Positions 25,001 through 36,679 of a stretch of 64,000 nucleotides of DNA are shown here, in pieces. The translations under genes were made by a program, and so were the position numbers. The notes beneath the pieces are model-generated. The model saw only the letters and a program-made list of their open reading frames with translations, did no database searches and had not been told where the DNA came from. The stretch comes from Pelomyxa schiedti (taxonomy: Eukaryota; Protista; Evosea): NCBI GenBank assembly GCA_020536535.1, contig JAHLWZ010000845.1, positions 1 through 64,000 on the forward strand, in the 5' to 3' direction. Numbering within the stretch: the stretch's first letter is position 1; every line of letters begins with the position of its first letter.

Positions 25001-28000
25001 TTAGTGCCCTTGACTCAGTATGGTGATGGTGAAATGGGGTGCCAAGCTCTGTAAAATGTTAAAATGGATAACGTGAAGTGGTGGGAAAACCTTGCTTTTG
25101 CATCCCTTGTCAAGGTCACCCTTCACAAAGGTAGTGCTGTCAGCCACAAACAGGGTGTTGAACCAGAAGCTGATTAACTTGTCAGCATGGGCCGAAAATA
25201 TCTCAACATTAACATCTCCAGACATATCCACTACTTGGGGGAGAAGAAGTTGAAATGGAGTATCTGTTGATGCTGTTGATGCCGGATACTAGTGCAGAGT
25301 GGCAGAGTAAGTGACGGGGGTGATTTGGGATATTAAATACCTTGTAGAAATGTTTATGAATCAGCTTTCCACCGCATCGCACATAAAGGAAAACGCCTAA
25401 AGGCATTGAGATGATGGTTCGGAGGATAGTAGTACAAACCAGAACGGAATGGGTGTGATGCAGGACTAAGCAGGACACCCGTGAGGGTTCTGGTAATTTT
25501 GATATATTTCGGCTTATCTGGATGGAAAAGAAGACTTCCAAAGTAGTGTACATATCTCACTTGACTGGGAATTGTGACACCCTGTGAAAATCGCGGAGTG
25601 AGAATTGATTGAGATTAAGAATTTTACCTTGCCATCATAGGTGCGGGCATTTGCGTATTGCTTAAGCGCTTCGTCAATGGAAGAAGCTTGCCCAGAGTAC
25701 ATAAGGTAACAACAAATCATCACACCTGTTCTACCCTGTTGCTTGTGTGAGACCAGCTTTTCCATTAAGGGGCATTACTTTCCCCGCTTTGCAATGAACA
25801 GCAACTATATTAGCTGGGTCTTCGTTCAGCCATGCGTCCTATGAACAAAGTTTGTGATGCGCGGCGTGTGGGTTGGAAGTTACACAGTCTTTGCAGAACA
25901 TTTCCATTAACTCAAAAGGTGGGGCACCATGATCGGAGAAGGGGAAAATTCCAACTAAAAAACAAGTTAGAAACAGTAAACGACTGCAACTTAACCTCGG
26001 TTATAGAACATTGAAGGGGGGTAACTCCGCTCCGAGCACCTACAACCATTTAGCGAAGAAAAATTTTGAAAAAGAAAAGTACAAGTTGTAGACTTTGTAG
26101 TGAGTTCCATGTGCCTGGTTCAAAAACCTAGGATTTTCACATGAGAATTAGTTTTGTTGTTTTAAAAAAAAACCGATACCTCAGAACTTCTGTATATGGA
26201 TTTCGCAGGGCAGCTTCAAAACCAGTTGCTGGGTATCCCATGGCAATTATCCGAGGTGTGATATCTTTTGTGGCCATTTACTACACAAAAGAAAAAGGTC
26301 TTTTACTACATGAAAGGTCAAGGTCAAAGCCATTTGCAACATAGCGTCTCTTCTTTTTTGACACCGCACTCCGTAGAGGGTTAGACCACTTACTTTCACG
26401 TTTCTAAATGATTTTCATTAGATGGGGCGGGAATGATGATTGAGATATAAGAACCTGATGTGTTGGAGTAGAAAGCGGTTCCAGATTCTGTGTTACCACT
26501 GGATAAACTGGTACAGGTTCCACGATTGCAGATGAAATCTCAACTCCTTCTTCCTTACTCATCGCATTTCCCTTAGACTTCCTATGGTGATGCTTATGAT
26601 GGCGGTGGTGCCTTGTCTCAATTTCATAATCAGCGGCACTGGATTTCTTTTTTCGTGAGTGGCCATGATGGTCACCCTTTTCTTTCTTCTCGTGCTTAGT
26701 CCTCTCTCTTTCCCAACTTCCACTTGCGTTGTGTGTCTGGGTCCTTGCCTCATCCCTTCCCTTGTGCTTATGATCGTTCCTGCTCCTGCTCCTGCTTCTG
26801 CTTCTGCTTCCACTGCCACTTTCAGGTAAGGCTGTTTTCCTTTTACTCTTACTTTTATGTTTCCTCCTGCTATGCCTCGGTAACTCAATCGAACTTATAC
26901 TTCCATCCATGATTATGATCTTACTTCCACTGCTGCTCCTGCTGATACTTCTGCTAGCACTTGCATCCTTCCTGCTCTTGCTCTTACTCTTGCTCTTGCT
27001 CCTGCTCCGAGTGTAAGTCTGGACTGGACTAGGACCACGGTCCCAGCTATTTGGGGTACCTTCTCTGGAGGGGGAGTCAGATTGGTCATTGTCGTATTCT
27101 TCACTCCAGCGCTCCATGCTGCGCCTCATACTTCCACTGTGCCTCTTCTTACTGCTGGAACTTTGACTGCTTGTAGTTTCACTCCAAGCATCTTCCGAAT
27201 CACCACCTCTTGAAGTAAAAGCAGGATTTGACTGCTGTTGTGGAACAGCATTCCAAGTTGGAGGTGAAGTTGGCCTTCCTTCACTGCCATTGCTACTCGT
27301 GTGTCTATGCTTTTTATGATCATGACTTCTTTTATGTTTTGGTTCGATTTCTATAACCTCTTTCTGTCTTATTCCACCACTAACACCGCTACTATCACTA
27401 CCACTTGCGCTACCCTCAGTGCCAACTCCATCGCCACTTTCATTGCTGGAGTAGCTATCACTCTGAGAGTCACTCTCACTTCTTTTATTTGATCTTCCGG
27501 TGTGATTGCTTCCTTCCCACCAGCCGGTAGTCGAAGAAGTCACTCCCCCGTGCGGAACGGCTGAGCTTGATGGATTCAAGTGGGATTTCTGTGGAGTCGA
27601 ACCAGGCGCAACCATCGCCGAACTCGAAGGTATCCACGAACCAGAGGCCCTTTGGCTGGCTCTTTTATCAGGCGACACAGGAGTACTTACAGGGGTGAGG
27701 TACTGAGCAGGAGGCGAGTAATGGGAGTGGTGAGGCTGTACAGTAGCAGCGTTCCCAGACCTGGAAGCCCTCAGTTCCAGCTTTGGTTCTGCGCCAGTAT
27801 TATCATCGGCGGGAGAAGAATCGCGGTGATGATGGCTCCGGTGGGATTCGTGCCCGTGACCTCTAGGTTCCCTGTCACGGTCCCTCACGTGATCGTGGTC
27901 AGAGGCCTCAGTCACAGTGTTGTTGTCACGTTGGTACCCACTGGAAGAGTGCCCATAATTCACTTCGTTGCCGCCGTACTGCTGCTGCTGCTGCTGCTGC

Positions 28001-28704
28001 TGCTGCCTGCCGGCGCCGTGCACGTAGCCCCCTGAGGGCTGACGACGGTGCGGAGACTGGGCGTGGGACGGAGAATGGGCGGCGAAGGACTGGGACAAGT
28101 TGGGCGCGGGGGCGTAAACCTCGGTAGACGAATACGCCGGCGCGTGGTGGCGATAAGAAGTCGGAGTCTTGACAGTGGAGAACTTCTGGACCTGGTGATG
28201 ACGAGACGGGGTCGCCGGCTCCTGGATCTGCTGCTGCTGCTGCTGCTGCTCTTGTGCGTGGTGGCGGCCGTGGTCGTGGTCGTGGTGGGTATTGTGGGAC
28301 GGAGAGTAGGGGTCGTGGGAGGAGCTGTGGTGGGCGTCCTGGTATGGGCCTCTGGGCGCGTAGAACAAGTTGGACGCGCCGGCGCCCGACGAGGGGAACG
28401 GGGAGTAGTTGTCGTGCTGGTGCTGGTGGCTCGGGGTCGTGGCGGCGCCGGGGTTGGTATTATGGGAGTGGGAATGCGACGGCTGGTGGTGCGCCGGCGT
28501 CTGCGGGAGCGAAAGCGCGATCGGCGGCGAGCCCAGGCGATCACCGCAGCCGCCGCTGCTGTGGTGGGACTTATGGGAGCGGTGATGTGCCGACGAAGAG
28601 ACAGAAAGAAGGTTGTTTGGTTGGAGTGGAGGTGACAAGCACAGAGTTGGGGACTGGGGCTTGGGTGCAGTGACTACGGTGGCCGAACGATGCCGGTGTG
28701 TCAT
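25001..28704 (-). CDS. PTEN: PTEN-like phosphoinositide phosphatase (PTP-C2) with 750-aa disordered N-terminal extension
   Basis: VSKKKRRYVANGFDLDLS, ITPRIIAMGYPA, HYKVYNL, FPFSDHGAP, HCKAGK-GRTG, GVTIPSQVRYVHYF, C2 with FWFNTLF and DLDK; a phase-0 intron 26454-26404 joins the 766-aa ORF in frame. Confidence 0.88.
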
Positions 28705-28924
28705 GGCTTTTTGTTTTTTTTTCTTTTTGAAAAAAACACGTTGATCTTGGCTTTCGGCTAAATCACGGTGATTTTCGTTTCACGTGCCCCTTCGTAGGTG
28801 CCGGCACATTGTGACCAAAACAACAGGAGAAACGAGAACACAGAATCAGGGTGGTTATTTCGGTGGAAAGATCAATTCACAGATCGGCCCAGGATCCGCC
28901 TCCTCCTCGAGCTCGTGCTCGCCG

Positions 28925-29430
28925 ATGCCTGTTGATTGCTGCACGCAATTGTGGAAAAAAAAGAGGTCTTTTGAGGCACCAATAATTCCAAATCCAAAGC
29001 GTTTCGGATCCACTGCAACAGCTGCCGCAGTTACAAATATCTTCACCCATTGCTGCAGTTCCGCCTTACTTCCTGTGCCTCTTCATTCCCTGCAATGCGT
29101 GGATGCCGATTTTGATAGGGACTCAATGATATTTGATTCTAGTACCCCAAAGGTACACTGCCTGAATTAAATACATCTCTGTGCTCTTAGCATTTAGAGA
29201 GTGCCGCTCTCTCTGGCATTATTGCGTTGGCACTTGAACTTTCCCATATCTTTCGGTGCTCTCCTCCACTTCTTTCTAAATTGGTATTCAGAGATTCAAA
29301 TTTTCCTGATTGGAAAGACTGAACAAAAATCATTTAGGGTGGCACAAAAGCAGGGCAACAAAAGACCGAGAATTCTTTCGACAGGGGCTTCTCACACCAC
29401 TCTATGTATGGGGCACATATCTGTATGATA
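28925..29430 (+). CDS. possible small hypothetical protein
   Basis: ATG-led open exon MPVDCCTQLWKKKRSFEAP.. followed by GT..AG-flanked short exons; no family recognised; end uncertain. Confidence 0.35.
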
Positions 29431-29652
29431 TCTACTCACCCCTCACTCATTTGTGCAAGAGCAGTGGTGAGTGACACACAAAAAACAACAAGATAAAATG
29501 ACTTCAACAACACAGTATCACCTTTTCAAATCCGAAAAATAATTAATTGCTTTTATTTTTTTGATTACACAACCCAGCAGGGAAACAGGCTTACAAGGAT
29601 AAATTAACAAATCGAAGATCATAATACACGTGGTGAGGAGTGTCGAGATCAC

Positions 29653-31067
29653 ATGTCGCAGCATGAGCCAATAGAGATGAGGGTAGAAGAGCAACAACTC
29701 CCGTTCACGAAGCTGATTACAGGCGTAGCTGCTGAGACTAGCGCTACAGATGTGTTTGCTTGGCTCAAGGGCAACGGATACTCAGTGTACGAGTTTTTTG
29801 TGTTCCTCCTTGTTGAACTTTTGAAAAGGGCCAACGTCAGCCGCGGTGTGAGACACGGCGGATCAGCAACTTTTCTTGTGAAGTTTCTGAGCGCTGATGA
29901 CGCAAACAAGGCCTCAGCGAGAGATGACCTCTCGTTCCGTGGTGTTCGCGTGTGGCTATCCCCACCGTGGGTGGCGGTCTACCAGCAAACACCTACGTCC
30001 CCACCCGAATTGCACAACGCCGCTGCTGAGTCAACCAACAAATGCTTATTGGGTCTACCTCAACAGCGAAAGTCACCCAATAATTCTCAGAGCAAGAAGA
30101 AGCAACGCAAGAAGAAGCAGAAAGGTCTGATTCAAGAACTAAAGAACTTTCTTGAGAAACAAGTTGCTAATGTGTATGTCGTTCACTCCCATGTTTTCAC
30201 TTACTCACACCTCGCACCGCCAAAACCAACCTTTTTTTTTGTCTCTTCTTCCCCTTCAGATCCATCAGGGTAATTCCAGTCAAAGGTGACTTGTATGTGA
30301 ACTGCAAGACAATCAACAAGAAGAAAAAGCGCGCGTGCTTGCCACGACAGTTACAATGGAAAGGGCATACACTGTACATCAGAAAACTAGGCCACTGGGC
30401 TATGTTCCCTGTTGATACATATGATGGGCTCCCCACCAAGTTTGCGCACCAGAAACACTTTTCCAAATAACAAGATACAGTAGTTCAAAGAAACATGCTT
30501 CCGTTCCTGAAGAACCTTCCCTGGTAAAGGCTGTTACAACTCCAAGGTATGCAGAACTTCACTCTTTCTCAACCGGTTCCTAATTTCACACGCACACAGT
30601 AAGTCAAAGAAACTTGATGAGCACGCTGTTAACAAAGAACCTGCTACGGCAAAGACTACTACAGCGCCGCCAGCTAATACTGTTACTACTCCCAGGTTCA
30701 CAGAACATCACACTCTAAACAGGAGTTAATCTCAAAATTTCATCACAGAAAGACAAAGAAAAATGCCTCTTATGCATCCGCCGCTGCTGCTACTGAAGAA
30801 GGTCCTAATACTGCCGAAGAAGCGCGCTCACCCGCACCTAAAAGACGACGGAGCATCTGTGGTCCTATAGACACAGCGGCCGCCCAACCTGGAAATGAGG
30901 CCAAAGCGGAAGAGGAGGAAGAGCATGCTACTTCTGGATGCGGTTGTGCCAAACTCCGCTGCAAGAGGGGCCGCTGCGGGTGCCTTAGTGCAAGCCGAGG
31001 ATGTACCGGCGTTTGCCTGTGTGTGGACTGTGCCAACCCGCACGGCACCAGACCCCTACCTGAGTGA
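29653..31067 (+). CDS. protein with RRM-like N-terminus and a single C-terminal CRC/tesmin-type CXC domain
   Basis: LITGVAAETSATDVFAWL..FLVKFLSADDANKA (RRM-like); C-terminus CGCAKLRCKRGRCGCLSASRGCTGVCLCVDCANP has the CxC-x4-C-x4-CxC-x6-C-x3-CxC-x2-C spacing. Confidence 0.7.
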
Positions 31068-31239
31068 TCAGTAGAAGAGTAGTTCTGAGACATGAGCCCC
31101 AGTACACAGAAAAAAAAACAAAACCAAAAAAAGTCAACACAACACAAGCCCACCAGCTGGTGACAAGTTTAGTGGATGAGAAGGCCAACAAGTGACTATT
31201 TTATTGTTTAAACTGAAAGGGAAAAATAGTTTCTCATTT

Positions 31240-32180
31240 ATTTATCAGGTGCCGTGGGGGCTGATTGACGGAGAAGAGTAGCCCTCAAGCAGGCACAATG
31301 AAAGACTCTTTGGGGCTGGGTTGGCCTGTGGGTGGTGGTTGGGGTCCGAATTAATTCCTTCAGCCGCAGCAGCGGTGGCGCTCTAGCAAACCCAGTGGTT
31401 CCTCAAATTAACTCATTGGGGTCGATCTCGTTAAGTGGCTGAAACGGGTTAAGTGGGAATGACTCTTGAATTTTCATGGTATCTCTGTATCATATTCAGA
31501 TGAATATTCACTACACTTCATAACACACCCAGATAGACGAGGATACACTGTTTTTCGATCCATCATATCACAAGAAATAGGCTGGTATGAGCAAAAGCAA
31601 TAACGACAGTACAAGTTGTATGTCAGAGATACGTATGTAGCTTACGGTTGGTGTGAACCCTCATTATACCTGGAGAGAAGTTAGGGATACATTTACAAAG
31701 AAAAAATTCGCACACAGCAGTCCGAAAATACTGGAGTAAGAGCACCTTGAGCCATGGACATAAAAATTGCCGTTGTCGTGGCGATTGTGGGAGACAATCG
31801 AATCACCAGCCACGTATTCTGTATCTTGTGTTGGAGAAACGCACACAATTGAAAAAGTGCTCTCGCGAATATGCACGCATTGCCTAGTACGCCAAAATGA
31901 GTACGCAGTATAACCAACCAACCAACCAACCAACCAACCAACCAACCAACCAACCAACCAACCAACCAACCAACCAACCAACCAACCAACCAACCAACCA
32001 ACCAACCAACCAACCAACCAACCAACCAACCAACAACAAAGCAAAGTACTTGCGGGCAAAATAAAACAAACGTGTAAGGGACAGACACGCCTGGAACACA
32101 CTTAGAGACCTAGAAATCCTCGCACACCGCGGTTGTGGTGTCTGAGATCTCCCCCGCAGATCCCGTGCGGGCCTCTCCAT
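31240..32180 (-). CDS. possible hypothetical gene whose intron holds the (GGTT)n tract
   Basis: Open segments either side of the microsatellite with plausible GT/AG ends; reading frame not resolved. Confidence 0.25.
31912..32034. repeat. perfect (AACC)n/(GGTT)n microsatellite, about 30 units
   Basis: Direct reading: uninterrupted aacc units over about 123 bp. Confidence 0.97.
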
Positions 32181-33111
32181 GCACATTTTTTTTTTTTGTT
32201 TATAAAAAAAAGGGGACACATTAAAAAGGATGTGACAGAAGATTTTTCTTTTTAATTTAAAATGCTGCACCCTCCAGTGGAGTGGGCAACTTTTTTTCTC
32301 TGACCTTTTTTTCCTTGTGACGCCAATTAGGCTGTCACAGGCCCACAATGAGTGTGACCAGGAAAAAAGTGGAAAGATAAAAAAACAAAACGAAGCAACC
32401 ACGCCAGCCACGCTAGCCATGCTAGCCGAAGCACGCGGGTAGCAACGGGTAACGCCGGGTAACGCCGGCTGCTTCACCCGCAAAAAAACAGTGAAGATTT
32501 GTTTGTCCAATGTCCGGCGATTTTTGTACCAGCCTCCCCAGGTCCAACTTATGGGTTCTTCAGAAGTCGATAAACCAATAAAACTGTTTTGATATTGATC
32601 GTTTCGAAAAAAACGGTGATGATCTCCTTCGGGGTCTTACCGAAGTTGCGGGTGCGGTGACCCTAACACGACGGCGTGTGTTTCGCGACGAGTTCTATTA
32701 TATTGCCCAGGTGGGGACCTTGCATGGTCTCGTGTTTGCGCCGATGTATTTTTTTTTTCTGCTAGGGGAGACTGTATGGTTTTTTTGTAAAATGTAAAAC
32801 GTGGCGTAAGTGTCATACGTTTACCCAAACACACTCTTTGTTTTTCCAGAAAAAACCAATGTTAATTACAGTGCCTGTATGCATGCAAAGCAGTATCCTC
32901 GATTCCTTGAGAAGTAACCAATACCTTGTTCACAGAGTCCAAGTCTACAAATCAATTGCCACTATTCAGAACTCTCCGTGTGTTGCCTTGAAACTAACAT
33001 AAAAAACAAAGTAATCACTACACAACTCACAACACACCAGTCAACCCCTTCTTTTTACAGTACAACAAAAAAAGACTCCTTCTCCAAACAGAAAAAAGAA
33101 ACGGTGGTTTT

Positions 33112-35468
33112 TTATTTTTTATGAGTGTCCCTTGTTGGTGCAGGAGTCTCAGTCTCCCCCCAGGTAGTTTTTTCCCAGCTTGGTTGTCTCTCTGCTAGTA
33201 TGCCACGCCAAATGGTTGCTGTTTCTGTGGGACCACTGATGGTGACAGCACAGTATATCTTCAGACCACTCACTTTGAGGTACTGGGGGTTGGCGACTTG
33301 CTCCGGGCTGCTGAACACTGTTATGACTTGGTTTTCATGGGTGAAGGCCAATCCATCCGGAACTGCGTCGTGGCTCCTAACAATGTGGGAGCAGTTGTTT
33401 GCCACAAGGAATTCACATGTCACGTCCGGGCCCCACTCCTTGATGCCCTTTCCCCGGTTCCCTTGGTGCATGCCATCTCTAGTGCCAGGGCTGTTCCACA
33501 AGAGTGAAACCGTGGTGCTGCTTGCACCTGTGGGAGTGTTTGTGTTGTTTTTGGTTTGGGTTTGGGTTATTTTGACAAGTACTACGTTTGTGGTTGCGGG
33601 TGGGGAAAGAACCTCTTACGTTCTCTGCCCTTGCCTGTCCCTTGATATCTTCAATTCTCAATCCAGGTTCAATGCCCCCATGAGCCACAAACATGCTCCT
33701 TGGGTCTTCCGCCACAGGGAAATGAATTACGGTTGCAAGCGGCAAGTTCATGAACAAACGAGCACAGTATACCTTCAGTGTGTTGACACGAGAAGATCCG
33801 AACATCAGTTCCATTGTATCAAGTTGGCCATCGCGGCTGAACATGTCCGAACATTCATGATTCCCACGATTCACAAAGACCTTGGTTGGGTGCATAACAA
33901 TCCGTTTACAAATATCGCACAGAATATGCAGTCCAAAGGCTCCTCTGCCTACCATATCCCCTATGGCACAAGAGTAAGAACAAATAATCAAGGCAACATA
34001 CACTGCAAACCATTGTATACCCAGTACTGCTCACTATTAAAGTCGCCGGAATCTAATTCTTTGGCACTGCCATATTGTAAGACTTCGAAAAAATGCGATA
34101 CACTTACAAGGTGTAAGCCTCCCAGGAGCCATGTAGATCACCAATAACATTCACACAATCCGTTGCAGATAAGGTCATTTCGTTGACGAGGGAGTGCCGT
34201 TTGGAGAGGACCTGTGTTGCCGCATCAAGTAGTTCCTTAGTGTGCATATATAATCCCAGCATGTCGGGACCCCCTTCTTCCAACTGGAAGGACTCGAAAT
34301 CACCAAAGAGCCATTCACCTTTTTTCTTGTGTTCTACACATATTAAGGAATATATGTTATTCTTACTTGGCTCAATATATCTTGTGCGGAAAACTTCTAC
34401 TGCAGCTTTAGAGATGTTAGATGGGGGCGAAAAGGGTGAAAGGGGGGAAGACTTACATTCTGGAGTTGATGAACTTGCACATGAAGGCTTTTTGGAAGCT
34501 GTTTGTGGCGAATAACCTGTTAGAGGACGATTGTGACGAGAGGGGAGACGGCACCTGAGGGTTGTTCAGTGGGAAATGGTGGAGGATACAGTCTCTTTTT
34601 ACCTGGAAGTTTCATTAGAAAAAGAGATAGTAAATTGAAGTGTCTTACCGGCCAGCTTCTCCTCAGGTGGATGTTCAGTTCTCTCTTCAAGTGGACGAGC
34701 AGTTGCTTTCTGTTGCTGAGTTTGAGAAGTTGTTGTTGCTGTTGCTGTTTCTGCAGTTGCCTTTGTGGTTGTGCTGTTGCTTTGGTTACCATGGTGTTGT
34801 TGGCGGGTCAGTCTTTTGCTATTACTACGCGGTGGGGAGCCAGGAGGGGGACTCGAGAGGGGTTCTGCAGCTGGGAACCCACGAGGCGCCCGGGGGGCGG
34901 GAGGAGCTGTGGAGGGGGGCCGCGCGGCAAGCCTTGCCGCTGCGACGTGGGGCCCGGTGTAAACGGAGATCTGTCCTAGCTGTGCGCCTGGTTCTGCCTT
35001 GGGTGTGGGCGGTTTGCGGTGCCGGCCGCAGGTGTAGCCAGTGGCCGGGTCCACCAGCCACGCCGGCCGGGTATTTATCCGTCGCTGGATCAACGATGCG
35101 TCCTTTGCCCATTGGGCGTTCTCGAACGTAACGTAGTGGTCTGTGCATAATACACCTTCGGAAGTCCACGTGTGGGTTGTAACTTGGACCCTTGGTACGT
35201 TGTGAACACCCCCTACGTTGAGAAAAAAAGTGCGAATCTTCTAGAACGTGTAGAAGGATCAAAAAAGAAACAGAAAAAAAACAAGTTGGTGAGTCTCATA
35301 CGGGTGGTAGTCTCTCAGATCCTTATAAACTTGTTCAGCAGCTGTTTTGGCAGGAGGATGGAGGACTAACTTCGTGTGTTGTGGTAGATCTAGGACCGCA
35401 GGGTCCGCGTGCCCGTCGTTGTGTCCTTGGTGCTGTTTCTGTGCGGCGATTTCCCCCTCCCCCATCAT
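33112..35468 (-). CDS. PPP-family Ser/Thr phosphoprotein phosphatase (PP5/PPEF-like catalytic domain) with long low-complexity N-terminus
   Basis: VIGDLHG, YNG-DMVGRG, VNRGNHE, VAHGGI, WGPDVT..F, IVRSHD, VITVFSSP. 5' end uncertain. Confidence 0.8.
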
Positions 35469-36679
35469 CTTCGTCCGCCCCCTTCTTTTTTCTTTTTTTT
35501 TCCTTCAGTCTCAATCTCAAATGTTAAGAAGGAAATCTTTCCCTCGTGTGTGAGACTGGTCGTCCCAGAGAGAACTACTTTCCAAATAGGCTCCTCGTCC
35601 TAACAATTTTCGTGAATATTTGCTGCTGCATTTCTCCTCACTGACAGTAGTACATGTAAGAGACCTCCCTTTCAATCTCGTATGGAACAAACCATGCAAC
35701 CATCGAACGCACAATCAGACCGTTTGAGAGACTCCCAGAACTGGTAAAACAAAACAGTATTCAGTTCGTGCTCGGATTTGGAGTGGACAAGTTGTTCATG
35801 TGGTTCCACCTTTTTTCCCCCCTTATCACAAACACTGCAGATAGAACCTCAAGCCTCTGAACTGATGGAAGGGCAGGGTCTCAACAGTTATTTCTGTTAC
35901 CTTCTACCTCCAAGTGCACCATCGTTACAACTGGTTGCCATTTAACGTCAGGTCAGTTCTCCCTGATGATGTCATTCATCATCATTTACCTTACACACAG
36001 ACAGATGAATGCACTGTTGAACTTGAGATACAAACAGGCATAATATCTGCCTCCAATTTCTTGTGAAGTACCTGTTAAGTGAGTATTTTTTTTTTTTTTT
36101 CAAAACCCTGTTTTTCCACGCGCAAGTGCCGGTACCTGCTCCCTCCTCCCTTCCCAAACAGTAGCACGTACTTTCACAAGGAGATTCCTACGCTGTTAGG
36201 CAAATGTTACCAGTACAAGGCCGAGAAGTCTTTAAATTTTGAATACTAAATCGTCAATCATTGATATTCAGTGCGGCAAGGTGTGATCACCCCGTCCATA
36301 TTTATACAGTCTGTTGCAGCACAACGGCAAATGAACATTTTTGCGGTAAGGTACCCACTCAACATTTCCGCACCAAATCCTAATTTCAAGCAGTAGTAAT
36401 TCTCTTTGAGAATAAACATTCCATCTTTGGAAGATCCAGCTTCGATGCTCTAGGAGAACAGAGTACACTTCCACAACTACTTCTAAACTGCTGTAAAATT
36501 GCTAGGCTGCTCTGGAAAAATGTGTCCAGCTCTGTTTCTTCTCTACAAACACCCCTTTTTCTTCTGCCCTTGCTCTCTAACCTGATAGGAACAGAAATTG
36601 CTATGGTGAATGTGCATTTCGTTCGATGGTTTTGATAGGGTACTTTCTCTAATGGGAAAAAAAATTTTTCGGTTTCTAG

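Noticed and set aside
27580-28673. Several plus-strand hydrophobic ORFs (poly-L/V)
   Set aside because: Antisense readings of the poly-Q/His tracts of the PTEN-like first exon.
31912-32034. Possible telomere or CRISPR array
   Set aside because: Internal 4-bp repeat flanked by unique sequence; no spacers, no cas genes, eukaryotic context.
32447-32470. Tandem GGGTAACGCC duplication in a long apparent intergenic stretch
   Set aside because: Only two copies, with no recurrence found elsewhere by eye; cannot be assigned a regulatory role.
31664-32510. ORFs with (VGWL)n repeats suggesting a repeat membrane protein
   Set aside because: Simply the translation of the (GGTT)n microsatellite.
33125-34147. 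340-aa plus ORF
   Set aside because: Antisense to the PPP phosphatase exons, which carry the conserved motifs.
35700-36660. Possible extra small gene between the PPP gene and the 36680 ORF
   Set aside because: Short GT-AG-flanked segments exist, but I could not assemble a consistent reading frame.
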